Positions 1-13,236 of a DNA stretch of 64,000 nt are shown here, one piece after another. A model generated the notes under the pieces. The model saw only the letters and a program-made list of their open reading frames with translations, did not search any database and was not told the origin of the DNA. The position numbers and the translations under genes were made by a program. The number at the start of each line of letters is the position of its first letter. The stretch's first letter is position 1. Source of the DNA: Gracilinanus agilis (taxonomy: Eukaryota); the NCBI RefSeq assembly GCF_016433145.1, contig NC_058130.1:278318566-278382565 (forward strand), written 5' to 3'.

Positions 1-434
1 GTTTTACTATCTATTTCCTTCTTGAGCTCTGCCAGTTTCTCCTTTATCAATTTGGATGCTATGCCACTTGGTGCATATATATTGAGCAGTATTATTTCCT
101 CATTGTTTATACTGCCTTTAGTCAGGATTTAATGACCTTCCCTGTCTTTTTTAATCATATCTATTTTTACTTTGGCTTTATCAGAAATCATAATAGCCAC
201 TCTTGCCTTCTTTTTCTCATTTGACGCCCAAAAGATTTTGCTCAAACCCTGAACCTTAAACTTGTGTATGTCCACCCACCTCATATGCGTTTCTTGTAGA
301 CAACATATGGTGGGATTTTGGTTTCTAATCCACTCTGCTATTTGCTTCCGTTTTATGAGCAAATTCATCCCATTCATGTTCAGAGTTATAATCATCAGTT
401 GTGCGTTTGCTGACATTTTCAAATCCTCCCCCAT
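1..434 (-). pseudogene. L1 ORF2 APE-endonuclease N-terminus, disrupted by one in-frame stop
   Basis: Translation IITLNMNGMN...ICCLQETH...KARVAIMIS, then TAA at 131-129. The same frame continues ILTKGSINNEEIILLNIYAPSGIAS to the window edge. Confidence 0.95.
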
Positions 435-1078
435 TCCTACCTCTTCTCCTTAAGCTATTTCCTTTAAAACCAGTGGTTTGCTATTAAGACCCTATCCCTT
501 ATCCCCTCCCTTGATTGACTTCCCTTTCTACCCCCACCCTTATTTCCCCCCCCCCTTTTTGTTTTTAAAGGCCTTATGAATTCCCTCTCCCTTCTTCTCC
601 CCTCCCTTTTTTTGACCTCCCCACTCCCCTGTTTCCCTTGATTTATCCCTTCTGACTTTCTCAGAAGGGTTAGATAAGAGTTTTATGTCCCAATGGATAG
701 TATAGCTACTCTTCCCTCTCCAGGTTGATTACACTGAGAGAAAGGTTTGATTATTACCTCTTAATGCTCTCTTCCTCTCCTTCTTATAATACTATTTGTC
801 CCCTCTCCTTCCCATACCCACTTTGTGTGTAATAGAATATCCTATTTTTCTTATTCACTCAAGTTTCTCTTGGTGTCCCCTGCTAGTGTTCCACCCTCAC
901 CCTGTGAATTATTCTTCTGATTACTATAATAGCGGATACTATAATAGTGAATAGAGTTCACTACAGAGAATTATTCATAACATTTCTCTACATAGGAGTA
1001 CATATGATTAGATCTTACTGAGACCCTTAAAAAGGCAAATTTAAAAATTATAAGTTTTCTTTCTTTCCCCTCTGTTTC

Positions 1079-2125
1079 TTATTTTCCTTTTAATGTTTCT
1101 CTCGATTTTTGTGGTTGGATATCAAACTTTCCATTTAGCCCTGGTCTTTTCTGTGCAAATACTTGGAATTCTTCAATTTTGTTGAATGCCCATACTTTCC
1201 CCTGGAAATATATAGTCAATTTTGATGAGTAGTTGATCTGTGGTTGCAGGCTCAGCTCTCTTGCCTTTCTGAATATTGTATTCCAAACCTTACGGTCTTT
1301 TAGCGTGGAGGCTGCCAGATCCTGTGTGATCCTGATTGGTGTTTCTTGATATTTGAATTGTCTCTTTCTGGCTTCTTGTAAGATTTTTTCCTTTGCTTGA
1401 AAGCTCTTGAATTTGGCAATTATATTTCTGGCCGTTTTCTTCTCTGGATCGAATGTGGTGGGTGTTCTATGAATCCTTTCAATGTCTATATTGCCTTCTT
1501 GTTGTAGGACTTCAGGGCAATTTTGCTGAATAATTTCTTTTAGTATGGAGTCCAGGTTTCTATTAATTTCTGGTTTTTCTGGAAGACCAATTATTCTCAA
1601 ATTGTCTCTTCTAGACCGGTTTTCTTGGTCTGTCACTCTCTCATTGAGATATTTCATATTTCCTTCTATTTTTTCAGTCTTTTGACTTTGTTTTATTTCT
1701 TCTTATTGTCTTGAGAGATCATTAGCTTCTAATTGTTCAATTGTAGCCTTTAGGGACTGGTTTTCGGCTCTAAACTTTTCGTTTTCAGCTATGATCTTTT
1801 GGTTTTCTTTTTCAATCTGGTTCACTTTGCTTATCAGTTCATTTGATTTCTGAGCCTCACTTTCCAATTGCAAGGTTCTACCTTTTAAACTGTTATTTTC
1901 TTGCCAGATCTCTTCCATTTTCCTCAGAATCTCAGTTTTGAACTCTTCCATAGCTTGTGAGGAGTTTTCCTTATTTGAGGAGGGTCCGGATCCTTGTTTG
2001 TTCTCCTCTTCTGTTTGCTCGGTTGTCTGGATTTTCTCTGTGTAAAAGTTGTCGAGTGTTAAAGACTTCTTTTTCTTGTTGTTAATCTTTCTCTTCTGAA
2101 CTTCCTGAGTCTGGGTAGCCATCAT
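1079..2125 (-). pseudogene. L1 ORF1p (coiled coil, RRM, CTD), ~348 codons with one premature stop
   Basis: ORFs 2125-1703 and 1657-1079 share a frame, joined by TAA plus EEIKQSQKTEKIEGN. Motifs ENRSRRDNLRIIGLPE, IERIHR, IRITQDLA. Confidence 0.96.
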
Positions 2126-3434
2126 TAGCCCAGCAGCTTCTCAGCTTTATCCTCACGCTCGGGGTCTGTCCACGGTCTTTTGGCTCCTGAGGTCTGAGTT
2201 CTGGGTTTTTCCAAGGTCAAGCCCCCTGGTGGACCCCTTTGCTTGATCCTCTGCAGGAGGTTCCTTTACAAGTCTCAGGGCACTGCTTCCATGGTCCTAT
2301 ACCCGCCTAAGGTGGTTCCCCACTCAGGGTTTCAGAACTTTAGCTCTTGGCTGTGTCTGCCTCCACCCAAGGCTCCGCTGCTCCTGCGCTCTGCTCCCGC
2401 GCTCAGATTTCGGGTGCCTTCTTTGGCTTATTGGGGTCCCAAATCTTGCTGCTCTCAGGAACAGGCCCTGGAGCTGCCAATTACTTGATGGGTGCCCCAA
2501 ACTTGCTCTATTTCTTTTTGACTGGCTTTGGCGCTATAGGTGGTGTGTGTGGAGGGGATGGGGGTGGGGTGGTTGCTCAGCCCATGATTTAGTGAGAGCT
2601 GTTTCACCCCTTTATAGCATGGAAATGTCCTGATTCCACGTACCTTCCACGCTGCACCCTGTTGTGGGGTTCCTCCATTCGTCTGGACTTGTTTTTATGT
2701 CCCCTTGAGGAGTTTTGTGTGTTTAGGTCAGGAGAGGTTAAGAGCTGCTTTTTACTCTGCTGCCATCTTAACCCCATAGTTAATTTCTTTTTAATGAATT
2801 GATGTCTTTAGGAATTGGGCAGAGCCAACTAAAGCCCTACAATATTCTCTTACCTTCAATATATGTAAAGGAGACAATAGTTGAAATTTAAAAATGCACT
2901 AACATAAGGGTGAGATATAGGAAAGTACTTGTACTCCAGAAGAGTCACTTTTCTTGCAGGATAGAGACAGAATAAAGAAGGATCATGAAAGCCAATGAAT
3001 TGAATAATATATCAGAATAATGTTTGTGGATGTAGTAATAAGAAAGAATACAAATAAACATACCTTGGAAAGGGTACTATAAAATAATATTTAAGTTTAA
3101 AGGTAAAATGGGGAAGATGAGATAGGATAGGGTCAAAAGTAAATGTGTTTGTGGTATGAGTCTCTGTGTGTGTATGTGTGCACATGTGTGTTCTGAAATA
3201 AGTTTTATAAAGGAAAGTGAAATTAACATTTTGAATAAATTCAAGAAACAAGATAGGACAGGTAAACGGAAGTGTGTATGTGATAGAGGTGACGTGGGGA
3301 GAAAAGCTTCTGGAATAAAAGATCATATTCTTGTAGAAATTTGTTGTTTAATCATGTCCAACTTTTCATGACTCCATGTGGATTTTTCTTGAACAGGATA
3401 ATAGAATGGTTTCCCATTTCCTTCTTCTGATCAT

Positions 3435-3530
3435 TTTATAGATGGGGAAACTGAGGCAAATAGGATGAAGTGACTTTCTCAGGGTCACAGAGTTAGTAAG
3501 TGTCTGCGATCAGATTTCAACTCTTATTCC
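3435..3530 (-). mobile_element. MIR/Mar1-type CORE-SINE fragment
   Basis: TTTATAGATGGGGAAACTGAGGCA...AAGTGACTT...AGGGTCACAG is the reverse complement of the CORE domain. Confidence 0.8.
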
Positions 3531-3569
3531 TATAAGCAAAACTAATTACAGATATAGGTACTGATAATA

Positions 3570-3700
3570 GATTTGGAGCTAAAAGGACCGAAGGGATTAT
3601 AAAGTATAATCCCCCTCATTTCATAGATGAGGAAATCTAGACCTTAGGAAAGATTAAGTGATTTAATAAACATTATGCAAATAGTAAGTGGCAGACTAGG
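3570..3700 (-). mobile_element. MIR-like SINE fragment
   Basis: CCCCTCATTTCATAGATGAGGAAA...AGATTAAGTGATTT...ATAGTAAGTGGCAGA. Confidence 0.65.
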
Positions 3701-5436
3701 AATATGAATGAAGGAGTACTGATATCTGAACCTTATTATGTTAAAAAGAATAAAATCATGATAATTATTGTTTTTAGTATCCATTTCATATCCATATCAA
3801 AAGCTTTTCCTTGTGGCATTCATACTTCTAACTCTTAGTATAATTTAATTTAGTAACATTGTATAAAAGATAATGCAAAATTAAAAGCAGCGATGACAAT
3901 AGCAGCAACAACAAAAATAGAGCTCCAAAGTAATGGTAGAAGATTAATAAAGACTCTCCCAAAGATATGAAGCACAAGAAGATCCTTGAAAATTTGAAAG
4001 CATGGCATGGTTGTAGTAAAAGACTACAACTACTGGCTGAGAACTTATTTAAATATATAGAGAAGCTTATCATGAGAACTTTGGCCAATAGTTAATGAAT
4101 TTTGGCCATAATGAGCCAGGAAGCAATTACTGTGAAGTTAAATGAGATTAGGTATTTTCTGTATTATTAGTATTACTGAAGGTTATAGGGGGAATATTCT
4201 TCTATGGCATATATGTCAACTGGAACCTTCTACAAGGACTTTCAGTGACTTTAGTTATAATTTACGTAATAGAAAATGTCAGTCAAATAATGGACTCAAA
4301 AAATCAACTAATAAAATTTATACTTGAAAAAGAATTTCTGGGGGTGGGGGGTGGAGCAAAGATAGTGGAGTAGAAACAGAGAAAGCTAAACCCACCATGA
4401 GAATCTTCTCTAACAAACCTTAAAATTTAATACCTCAAAATGAATACTGGAATGAAAAAAACAACAAGGAGACCAAATGAACAACTTTCATACATAGAAC
4501 AACTTGAAAGGTTCACTGGGTGAGAGGGGATCACAGCCAGCAGGAGGTTACATTAATACCTCTATATCAGCTGGACATGGCACCTTCATAAAGAATTGAC
4601 AATGTATTAGAACACAAAAGCTTAACAACCAAATGTAGTAAAGAAGGAATATTAAAAGTATTCTTTTCAGAACATAATGCAATAGATAGGGAAACATAGA
4701 TTAAAATTAATTGGAAACAAAATAATCTAATTCTAAAGAATGAGTCAAAAATCAAATCATAGAATCAATCAACAATTTCATTAAAGAGAATGACAACAAT
4801 TTTTAACATATGGAATTTATGAGATGAAGCCAAAGCAGTATTTAGGGGAAAATTTGCATCAATATAATAGAGAAAAAGGAGATTAATGAATTAGGCATGC
4901 AAAAAATCTAGAAAGAGAATAAATTGAAAGTTCATACTTAAACACAAAATTGGAAGTCTGAAAAATCAAACGAGAAATTAATAAAATTGAAAGTAAGAAA
5001 AATAATAAAATCAGGAACTGGTTTTAAGAAAAAACAATTAAATTGATTAACCACTGGTTAATTTTATATTTAAAAAGAAAGAAAAAACAAATTACCAATA
5101 TAAAAAATGAAATGCATAAATTCACCACCACTGAAGATTTAATTAAAGAAATTAGTAAAGAGCAACTCTGCCCAATTATAAGCCAACAAATATGACAACC
5201 TAGGTGAAATGGATAGATATTTTAAAATATTGAAGTTGTGTAGATTAAAAGAAGAGGAAGTAGAATACTTAACCCTGAACTTAAGTCAACAGTGAGTTCC
5301 CCAAGAAAAAAACCCAAGGGTCAGATGAATTCTCAAGTGAATACTATCAAACATTTAATAAACAATTAATTCCAATACTCTATATTATTTTGAAAAATTA
5401 GCAAAGAAGAAGTCCTACCAAATTTCTTTTATGACA

Positions 5437-6320
5437 ATCGTCGTATTAGGGAAGCTAAACTGTAAGATGACAAGGGTCTGTAGCAATCAAATCTCCCTAA
5501 TCCTTGGTCAATGGAGGGACCCACCCACAAACAGGCTTGACTGAAGAGAGGGGCAGGATCTTGTCAAAGTGCTCCTTCACTTCCCCCCTCCCACTAGGCA
5601 GTTAGAAAGTCAGTTACAATATGAGTATGGTGGACAATCTGACTAGATATCTTCTGGGCCCAGACAGTAGGTTAGGAAGGACTAAACTCCTAAAGATGAT
5701 AACTTTCTCTAAATTATTCCCCACAGGATTGTATTGGAGAAGCTTGATGCCTTTGAAGCTCATAGGCACAGAGGTTAGGATTTACTTCTGGGCTTCAAAG
5801 TAGGAGGAACTCAACTTGAGGAGGTTGTGAGTATATCCCCAAAATATATATCTAGGCACTGCTCCCAGTTGATAACAGGTTTGATGATAGGTGGGAATGG
5901 GAAGGATGAGGGATGGATAAGGATAAAGGTCAGGAAATCCCGTAAACAGCTATGTCAAAACAGCCCCTCCCCACAAAGGGGCCAAGGTAACTTGAATTGC
6001 TGATCTGCTCTATAACCCTATAAATATTCTTCTTCTATATCAAAATAGCTAAACTAAGGTAGATTGTGATGTTGATGAATGTCTAACCAAAGTAAAGCAG
6101 CTTGGCAGTTATGGCCCTGCTCAGATTCAAGACCCAAGACCCAAGACTGACCCTGGACTCAAGACTCAGCAAGCAGAGTGACCTACCTACTCTAATCCCA
6201 GGGCCCCAACTGCCTTCAACTGCCCCTTCTCTCAGAGTTTTTTGGGGGCCCTATGGAATTCTGAGCTGTAGCATGAATGCCCCTCTGCAGCTTGAATCCC
6301 TCTCTGCAATATGAATCTCA
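5437..6320. mobile_element. ERV LTR (solo or partial) inserted in L1 ORF2
   Basis: GC-richer block interrupting L1 between ...TTTTATGACA and CACAAAAATATGATATTGAT; ends in CA; no clean TSD seen. Confidence 0.7.
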
Positions 6321-7575
6321 CACAAAAATATGATATTGATATCTAAAGCTGGAAAAGAAAAACATTAAAAGAAACTATACCAATTACTTAAATCTTATTG
6401 CATCATTATTTGATACAAAAATTAAATAAAACACTAGCAAAGTGATGACCATGATATATCAAAAAGATCAAACATCACAACAAGGTGAGATTTATACTAG
6501 GAATGCTGAGTTGCTTTGATTAAGAAAACTTTTGCCATAATTGACCATATCAATCAACAAAAACAATAGAAATCATGATTATTTAAATAGATGCAGAAAA
6601 AGCTTTTGACAAAATACAATACCTATTTCCATGAAAAATAATGAAAGGCTCAGGAAAAATTAGACCTATCCTTAAAATGATGGATATCTATATAAAACCA
6701 CCAGCAAGCATTATCCATAATAAGGATAAATTAGAGAAGTCATTCTAATAAGACCAGAGATGAAATAAAGATTTCAGTAATCACTGCTATTATTCAATGT
6801 TGTTTTAGAAATTCTAGCTATACCAATATGAGAAAAAAAGGAATTGAAGGAACAGGAATAGGCAACTAGGAAACAAAATTATCACTCTTTGCAGATTATA
6901 TGATGGTATACTTATACTTAAAAATTAATTAAAATTATCAACAATTTCAGCAAAGTTGTGGGATTCAAAATAAATCTACACAAACCATCAGCTTTATACA
7001 TATATACTACTAATAAAACCTAACAGGAGACAGAAAGAGAAATTTCATTTAAAATAATGGTAGACAATATAATATACTTGAGAGTCTACCTTCCAAGAAA
7101 AACTCAAGTATTGTATGAACACAACTAAAAAATACTCTTCACCAAATAAAAATGTATATAAATAATTGAAGAAATATTAATTGCAAATGAGTAGCCTGAA
7201 CGAACATAATAAAAATATTTCTACCTATATTATTATACTTTATTCAGTGCCAAACAAGCCAAATTACCAAAAAATAATTTTATACAGAAGAAATAATAAA
7301 AAATTCATTTCAAAGAACAAAAGGTCAAGAATATTAAGGAATTAATGAAAAAATATGAATGAAGGTGGCTTAGAGATACAAGTTCTCAAACTATATTACA
7401 AAGTGGCAATTATCAAAACAATCTGGTATTAGCTAAGAAATAGAGTGGTGGACCAATGAATAGATTAGACATACAATACCAATAAGTAAATGACCATAGT
7501 CACCTAATATTCAACAAACCTAAAGATCCAAAACTTTGGGACAAGAAATAAGTATATGACAAAAGTTGCTGGGAA

Positions 7576-7775
7576 GGGGGCAGCTGGGTAGCTCAGTGGA
7601 TTAAGAGCCAGACCTAGAGACTGGAGGTCCTAGGTTCAAATCTGACCTCAGACACTTCCCAGTTGTGTGACTCTGGGCAAGTCACTTGACCCCCATTGCC
7701 TACCCTTACTACTCTTCTGCCTTGGAGCCAATATACAGTATTGATTCCAAGACAGAAGGTAAGGGTTTTAAAAAA
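7576..7775 (+). mobile_element. SINE1_Mdo-type SINE, full length
   Basis: GGGGCAGCTGGGTAGCTCAGTGG (A box), GGTTCAAATC (B box), 3' GAAGGTAAGGGTTT plus A tail. Exact 15-bp TSD AAAAGTTGCTGGGAA at 7561-7575 and 7776-7790. Confidence 0.96.
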
Positions 7776-8689
7776 AAAAGTTGCTGGGAAAACTAGGAAG
7801 CAGTTGTGGGAAGCAGTTTGGTAGAAATGGTAGATCCACATAATCACACTGTAATCAGAGATAATGTCATAATGGGTAAATTTTTAGATATAAAGGATTA
7901 TATTATAAGGAAACTAGAGGAATATGGAAAATTTTGCTTGTCAGATTTATGGGGAAGAGAAGTGAAGGGAATGTCTGAGGACAAAACAAGAGATTGAAAG
8001 CATTACAGTATGAAAAATGGAAAATTTTTGTTACATCAAATTAAAAAAGTTTTGCATAAACAAAATCAATGTAATCAAGATTAGAAGGCAAGTAGAAACT
8101 GGGAACTTTTTTTTACTTTACTTTTCTCTGATATAGGCCTCATTTCTAAAATACATAAAGAATCAAGTCAGATTTATAAGAATACAAGTCATTTCCATGG
8201 ATCTGAATTGGCTAGGAGACTAAATCAAAGCTATGTCATATAAAAATTCTCTAAATCACTACTAAAAAGAGAATTCTGAGGTATCACCTCAAATCCATCA
8301 GATTTACTAATATGATAGAAAAGGAAAATGACAAATTCTGGAGGGAATGTGGAAAAATAGGGACATTAATGCAGTATTGGCAGAGTCGTGAATTGATCCA
8401 ATCATTCTGGAAAGCAATTTAGGACTTTGCCCAGTGTTATAAAACTGTTTATATACTTTGACCTAGCAATACTTCTACTAGGTTTGTATTACAAAGAGAT
8501 AAAAAAAGGAAAAAGACCTATATGTGCAATAATTTTTATATCAGCTTTTTGTGGTGCAAATAATTTGATATTTTGTAGATCCCCATCAATTGTGGAACTG
8601 CTGAACAAGTTGTGTTTTATAATTTTGCTGGACAACTCTTGTGCTATAAGAAACTATAAGTTGGATTCTTTCAGAAAACTCTTGGGAAA

Positions 8690-9494
8690 TGTAGGAAAAT
8701 ATAAGTGGGGTCACCAGGGATATTACAATAAACTAAGTGGTTTGTGGGAACACACTCTAGGATTTATGAGAGACTGGACCAGGGTGAAGAAACCAGAGTT
8801 CACTGGATTACCACAGGAATGGCAGTTGATCTTAACTGTCACCCAACTTCCACCAAACCAGAGTATAGTAACAGGCTAACAAGGTAAAAGGAACTTAACA
8901 GCTTTAATTATGTTAGACTAAAAGTTGGAAAGGATTTCTATACTTAAAATCTAAGGGATAAAACCACAGGGCAATGGGAGGACTTATTCTACTCTAACTT
9001 ATTGATCTAAACTAACAGGGCCCAAGGAGCTATAAATGGAGTCTCTGGGTTTCTGCCTCAAACCTGGAACCTGCCAGGCTTGAGTACAGCTAGGGCTTAG
9101 TGGCTTTGGGATTCTCACTGCAATCCACTGATGATCTCTGGATGCCAGGAGTCAAGATGATCTCAGGTACCAAGTAGAGAGGGTTCTGCTTGAAGCACTG
9201 TCCTCCAGTTTTCAAACTTCTCCTCTCTTGGCTCTGTAGATTTTTCCTTTTCTTAGATGCCACACCACACAAGATCCCAGGGGAAAACAGGAAACAGAGT
9301 GTCCTTTGCTCTGAGGTCTCCCAGGCTGGCAACAGTTTTGCCCACCACTAATGGAGTCCACACACAGGGCACAGACAGACTTCCTCCTCCTTCATTCCAA
9401 CCTGGAATTCCCAGCTCCAGCTCCTTCCTGCTAGGTACTTCCTAATCAATATATAATCAATACCTAATAACCAGCTAATCTAATCTTCCTTACA
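8690..9494 (-). mobile_element. Solo ERV LTR inserted near the L1 3' end
   Basis: TG...CA termini (TGTAGGAAAA / CTTCCTTACA); L1 sequence resumes at 9495; AATAAA on the minus strand at ~8985. Orientation is inferred. Confidence 0.8.
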
Positions 9495-10249
9495 ATAGAA
9501 ATGAACATGGACTAATGTAGAATTAGGAGAAATATGTTCCCCTAGTAACAGCAATATTGTATGATTAACTGTGAATGACAATTATTCTCAGTAATACAAT
9601 GATCCAAGATAATACTGAATGATTTAGGATGAAAAATACTATCAACCTTCTTGGAAACAACTGATGGAGTCTGAATGATGATTGAAGCTTATTTTTAAAA
9701 AAAAACTTTATTACTCTCATTATTATGATTATTATTATTGGTCTGTCTTTTCTTTTGTAATATGTTTAATGTGGAAAAGCTTTGCATACCTGCATATGAG
9801 TAATTTTTTTTTTATCAAATTGCTTGTATTCTCATGGAGGGGGAAAAGAAGCAAGTAGAGAGGGAATTCAGGACTGAAAATCTTTAAAAAGTTAAATTTT
9901 TTGTTTATATGTAATTGAGAAAAAATAAAATAAAAAATTAATGTAAAAAATGGAATAATATGACACATGGAATTTTCATGCTAGAAAAGACTGTGGGAAG
10001 AAATATACAGTATTGGCTTTAATCTAAATTATTCTTTTCCCCAAATCTATGTTCTAATGTGATTTTATATTTTCCTTATCTAATTTAATCAATGTAACTG
10101 ATTAAAAGAAGAGACAGAATTAATATGAAAAAAAAACAAATTTAGTGACTTGAAATTCCCAAATAACATTTTCATGTTTAATATAGCCTTATGATAAAAT
10201 TATAGCATTATTTTTTATTGAACTCATAGACTGAAATGTACAGAATTAT

Positions 10250-10600
10250 AATTTGTGACAGGGTGCTATGGACCATGTGATAAACTTGGAGCTAAGTCGC
10301 CTGGTTCAGATACTATCTTTAACATTTACTAGCTATATAACCTATAGAACAATAAGCTACCTCATTGGGGGAGGTCATAAGAATCAAATAAGCAAACATA
10401 TGTGATATTCTTTGTGATTCTTAAAGTGCTATGTAAAGGCTATTATTATCATTGCTACCCTTAATCTTGGATAGTTTACTGGCCCTCAATTTCTTTATAG
10501 GTAAAATTGGGATCACAATATTTGTGCTACATATATCATATGATTTTTATGAGATCATTTTGCAAACCTTAAGTAAACATTATGTGAATGTGAGCTATTA
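10250..10600. mobile_element. MIR-family fragments
   Basis: CTGGTTCAGATACTATC...TACTAGCTATATAACC and AAAATTGGGATCACAATA...GAGATCATT..GCAAACCTTAAG. Confidence 0.55.
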
Positions 10601-12819
10601 TATATTTTTCCTTTCAAAGACATCCCATCATAAGGAGTGGTTTTTTTTTGGAGAGGTAGTTCATATTTGAAACAACATGATAATTCTTTTCTTCAGCTTT
10701 TATAAAGACCAAACTTAAGATGCTGGAAATATTTTGTAATTTTTTTAAGAACAGTGGAGGAGAGATTGGTTTCTTCCTTCTCTAAAAACAAAATAACCTT
10801 TTCTTTACTTAACAGATTGTTAGGAAATTGTTCTGTTTATCTCACTTGCTAAATGTCTTTCTTTTGAAGCCTTTAATGAGTAAAAGTTAGGAGTTTTAAT
10901 TCCCCTTCGAGAACTTAGATTTTCCCTCAGCTAAGGGATAATTGGGGGAAAAAAAGTAGGTCATCATTAACTATGTCTTTTTCAGTTGTGAAAGAGAAGT
11001 TAACTGGAAGTGGTCATTTTAGATCTACTTTTACTAGTTGCCTAATATTAGCTTTTGCTTATATAATTCTGTGTACACCTATAGTTTGCATTCTTCAGGG
11101 AAAAAAGAAAATGATCCATCCTAAAAGAAACCCATTTTAAATTACAGTTGAAAAAAATAAACTACTACAGAATCAGAAACTCCTAAGGGAATAGTTATTT
11201 AATACAAGATGAGTGACTTCAGATTTTTTTTCTCTCAAATTGATTTACATCTGGGAGATTCTTCAACTATGAGATTACTATTGCCACATTTCATTTTCGT
11301 TTAGCCCTCGAGGAAATAATTTTTTTGAAAATAATATTGCTTATGTAGTACTTCAAAAAGATATGAATTTGAATATTCTATATCTATTTGCTTTAATAAA
11401 TAGTGATTGTAATTTGTTTTTATTTAGCTTCTTTTTTGAATATTGTATAGTCTTTTAAGAAGTAAAGAATAATAAAGCTTTTATTATTTATTAAAATTCA
11501 GAATGATTTTCTCATTATGAGGATTTTCTGTTGGATGAGAGTGATGACTTGCAGGATTTTACAGTAGTCAATGAATTCTAACTATATGTTCTTATTCTGA
11601 ACTTGTCAAGAGTTGCTTTCATTCCCAAGTACAGATATTACTAGTGGGTCCTATAAATAAACAATTAAATAATTAATTTAAATTTAATTAAACAAACAAA
11701 CAAATAAATAATTAAAGAAATAATAATTATTACCAAGAGTCTTAACAATATAAAAGTCTTTCTCTCCAGTTAGAACTTCTTGCAGTCACTAGGTAAAAGA
11801 GAGAAATGGGTCCGACAGATTCACTCTCTGGGACAGAGCAAGAATAAGTGTGAGAGAAAATGAGTCTGTGAGAGAGAAAGATAGAGGCATACAAAGAGAA
11901 AGACAGAGAGACAACTAGAGAGAAAGAACAAATTATGCTTTTGTGTGGCATCACATGTGGTTTAAGAGATTCACTCATGATTTTCTTTATGTGATTTTGT
12001 GTCTTTATGTTGTGAGTTCACTTGAGTACAAGGTCTTAACTCAGTGTTCTGAGATCACTGTGCTTATTGGCATATGATATTGAAATTTGGAGGATATCCA
12101 AAACAAAACTTGCTTCAGTGTTTTTGTTTCAAAAATTCATTTGCATATTAAAATTGGAAAACTTTGAGGTTATCAACTGGGAAAAGGAACATCTGAATTG
12201 TTTTAGGATTATAGGACAAATGTATTTTACTTGAAAATGACTTAGTAATTGAAGATGCAAATTTAGTTGAAATGAAGTCTTTTGTGGTTAATCCAGCTGA
12301 GAAACCAAGAACCAAGAAGTCAAGTAAAAGAACAGAATTTGGAGCTTTGTCAATGGGAGTCTGTAACATTCTTATTCTTTGCATTACTACTTATTGCAAG
12401 ACAAATTTTTTTGTATAAAGAGAGGAACCTCAACTTTTTTTTCTAATGCTAGTTGCTGCTGAAAAGAAGAATGGAGAGGAGAGAAGACAAGAAAAGAAGA
12501 AAGTATTTCCTTTTATTGCCATTTGTTGAATCGAAGATACTTTTGCCAATTATTTCAATGAAGGTATGAACTAAGTCTAAAGCCATATATCACAGATACT
12601 ACAGTTGCTGCAGAAAAGCAAACCAAGCTGAGCAGAAGAGCTTAGGAATGGAGAATCAAAGAAGTGGCCAAGCAGATTAGTCTAGCTGACATGTTAGTAT
12701 AGCATGAATTAGTTCCTTTTACTAGTGGAAGCTTTCATTTACACAGAACCTGCACTTAGCAATACGTACCTTTATGGATAGTTTCTGAGACATAAAGAGG
12801 CTATTGAAGCCTAAATCTC

Positions 12820-12990
12820 CAGATTTTGAGTTGTCCAGAACTACTTGTTTTCTCTACTATGTTTTCTGTTGACCACTCCTACACTGCCTTCTTCTGGATA
12901 CTCATTCTTTCCTTAGTTTTCATGACACTACCTTTTCCTGGTTTTTCTTCTTCTAGTTTGGCCGTAGTCTTTGCTAGATTCTGTGCTATC
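12820..12990 (+). mobile_element. L2 fragment
   Basis: TGACCACTCCTAC...CTTCTGGATACTCATTCTTTCCTTAGTTTTCATGACAC...CTTTGCTAGATTC resembles the L2 3' region. Confidence 0.55.
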
Positions 12991-13031
12991 TCCATAATAG
13001 GTGATTAATATTATTATTTGTCCTTCTTTTT

Positions 13032-13236
13032 CTTTTTCTTTTTAAACCCTTACCTTCCATCTTGGAAGTAATACTGTGTACTGGCTCCAAGACAGAAGAG
13101 TGGTAACGGCTAGGCAATGGGGGTTAAGTGACTTGCCCAGGGTCACACACCTAGGAAGGGTGTGAGGCCAGATTTGAACCTAGGACCTCCTGTCTCTAGG
13201 CTTGGTTCTCAATCCACTGAGCTACTTAGCTTCCCC
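13032..13236 (-). mobile_element. SINE1_Mdo-type SINE
   Basis: AAACCCTTACCTTCC...GATTTGAACC...CCACTGAGCTAC; imperfect TSD TTGTC(C/T)TTC(T/A)TTTT. Confidence 0.93.

Larger units (their letters stand above)
1..2775 (-). mobile_element. LINE-1 (marsupial L1), 5' portion: 5'UTR, ORF1, ~640 bp inter-ORF spacer and start of ORF2; continues beyond the left window edge
   Basis: Minus strand starts GGGGTTAAGATGGCAGCAG at ~2775, followed by a relatively GC-rich 5'UTR, ORF1 (2125-1079) and the ORF2 endonuclease (434-1). Confidence 0.97.
4340..9950 (+). mobile_element. Old degenerate LINE-1: short 5'UTR joined to ORF2 (EN C-terminus, RT, C-terminal region) and 3'UTR; ORF1 absent; interrupted by two LTRs and one SINE
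   Basis: GGTGGAGCAAAGATAGTGGAG start. ORF2-like sequence from ~4560 (HGTF.KID.VLEHK-like), an RT segment with GCAGATTATATGATGGTATACTTA (ADDMMVYL-like) at ~6890, 3'UTR at 9495-9950 and an A-rich tail at ~9920-9950. Confidence 0.9.

Noticed and set aside
4152-4370. 73-codon stop-free hydrophobic frame (VFSVLLVLLKVIGGIFFYG...)
   Set aside because: No start codon or recognisable family; it ends inside an L1 5'UTR; many frames this long are expected by chance in 64 kb across six frames.
7576-7650. tRNA-like A/B boxes
   Set aside because: They belong to the tRNA-derived SINE head; there is no complete cloverleaf tRNA gene.
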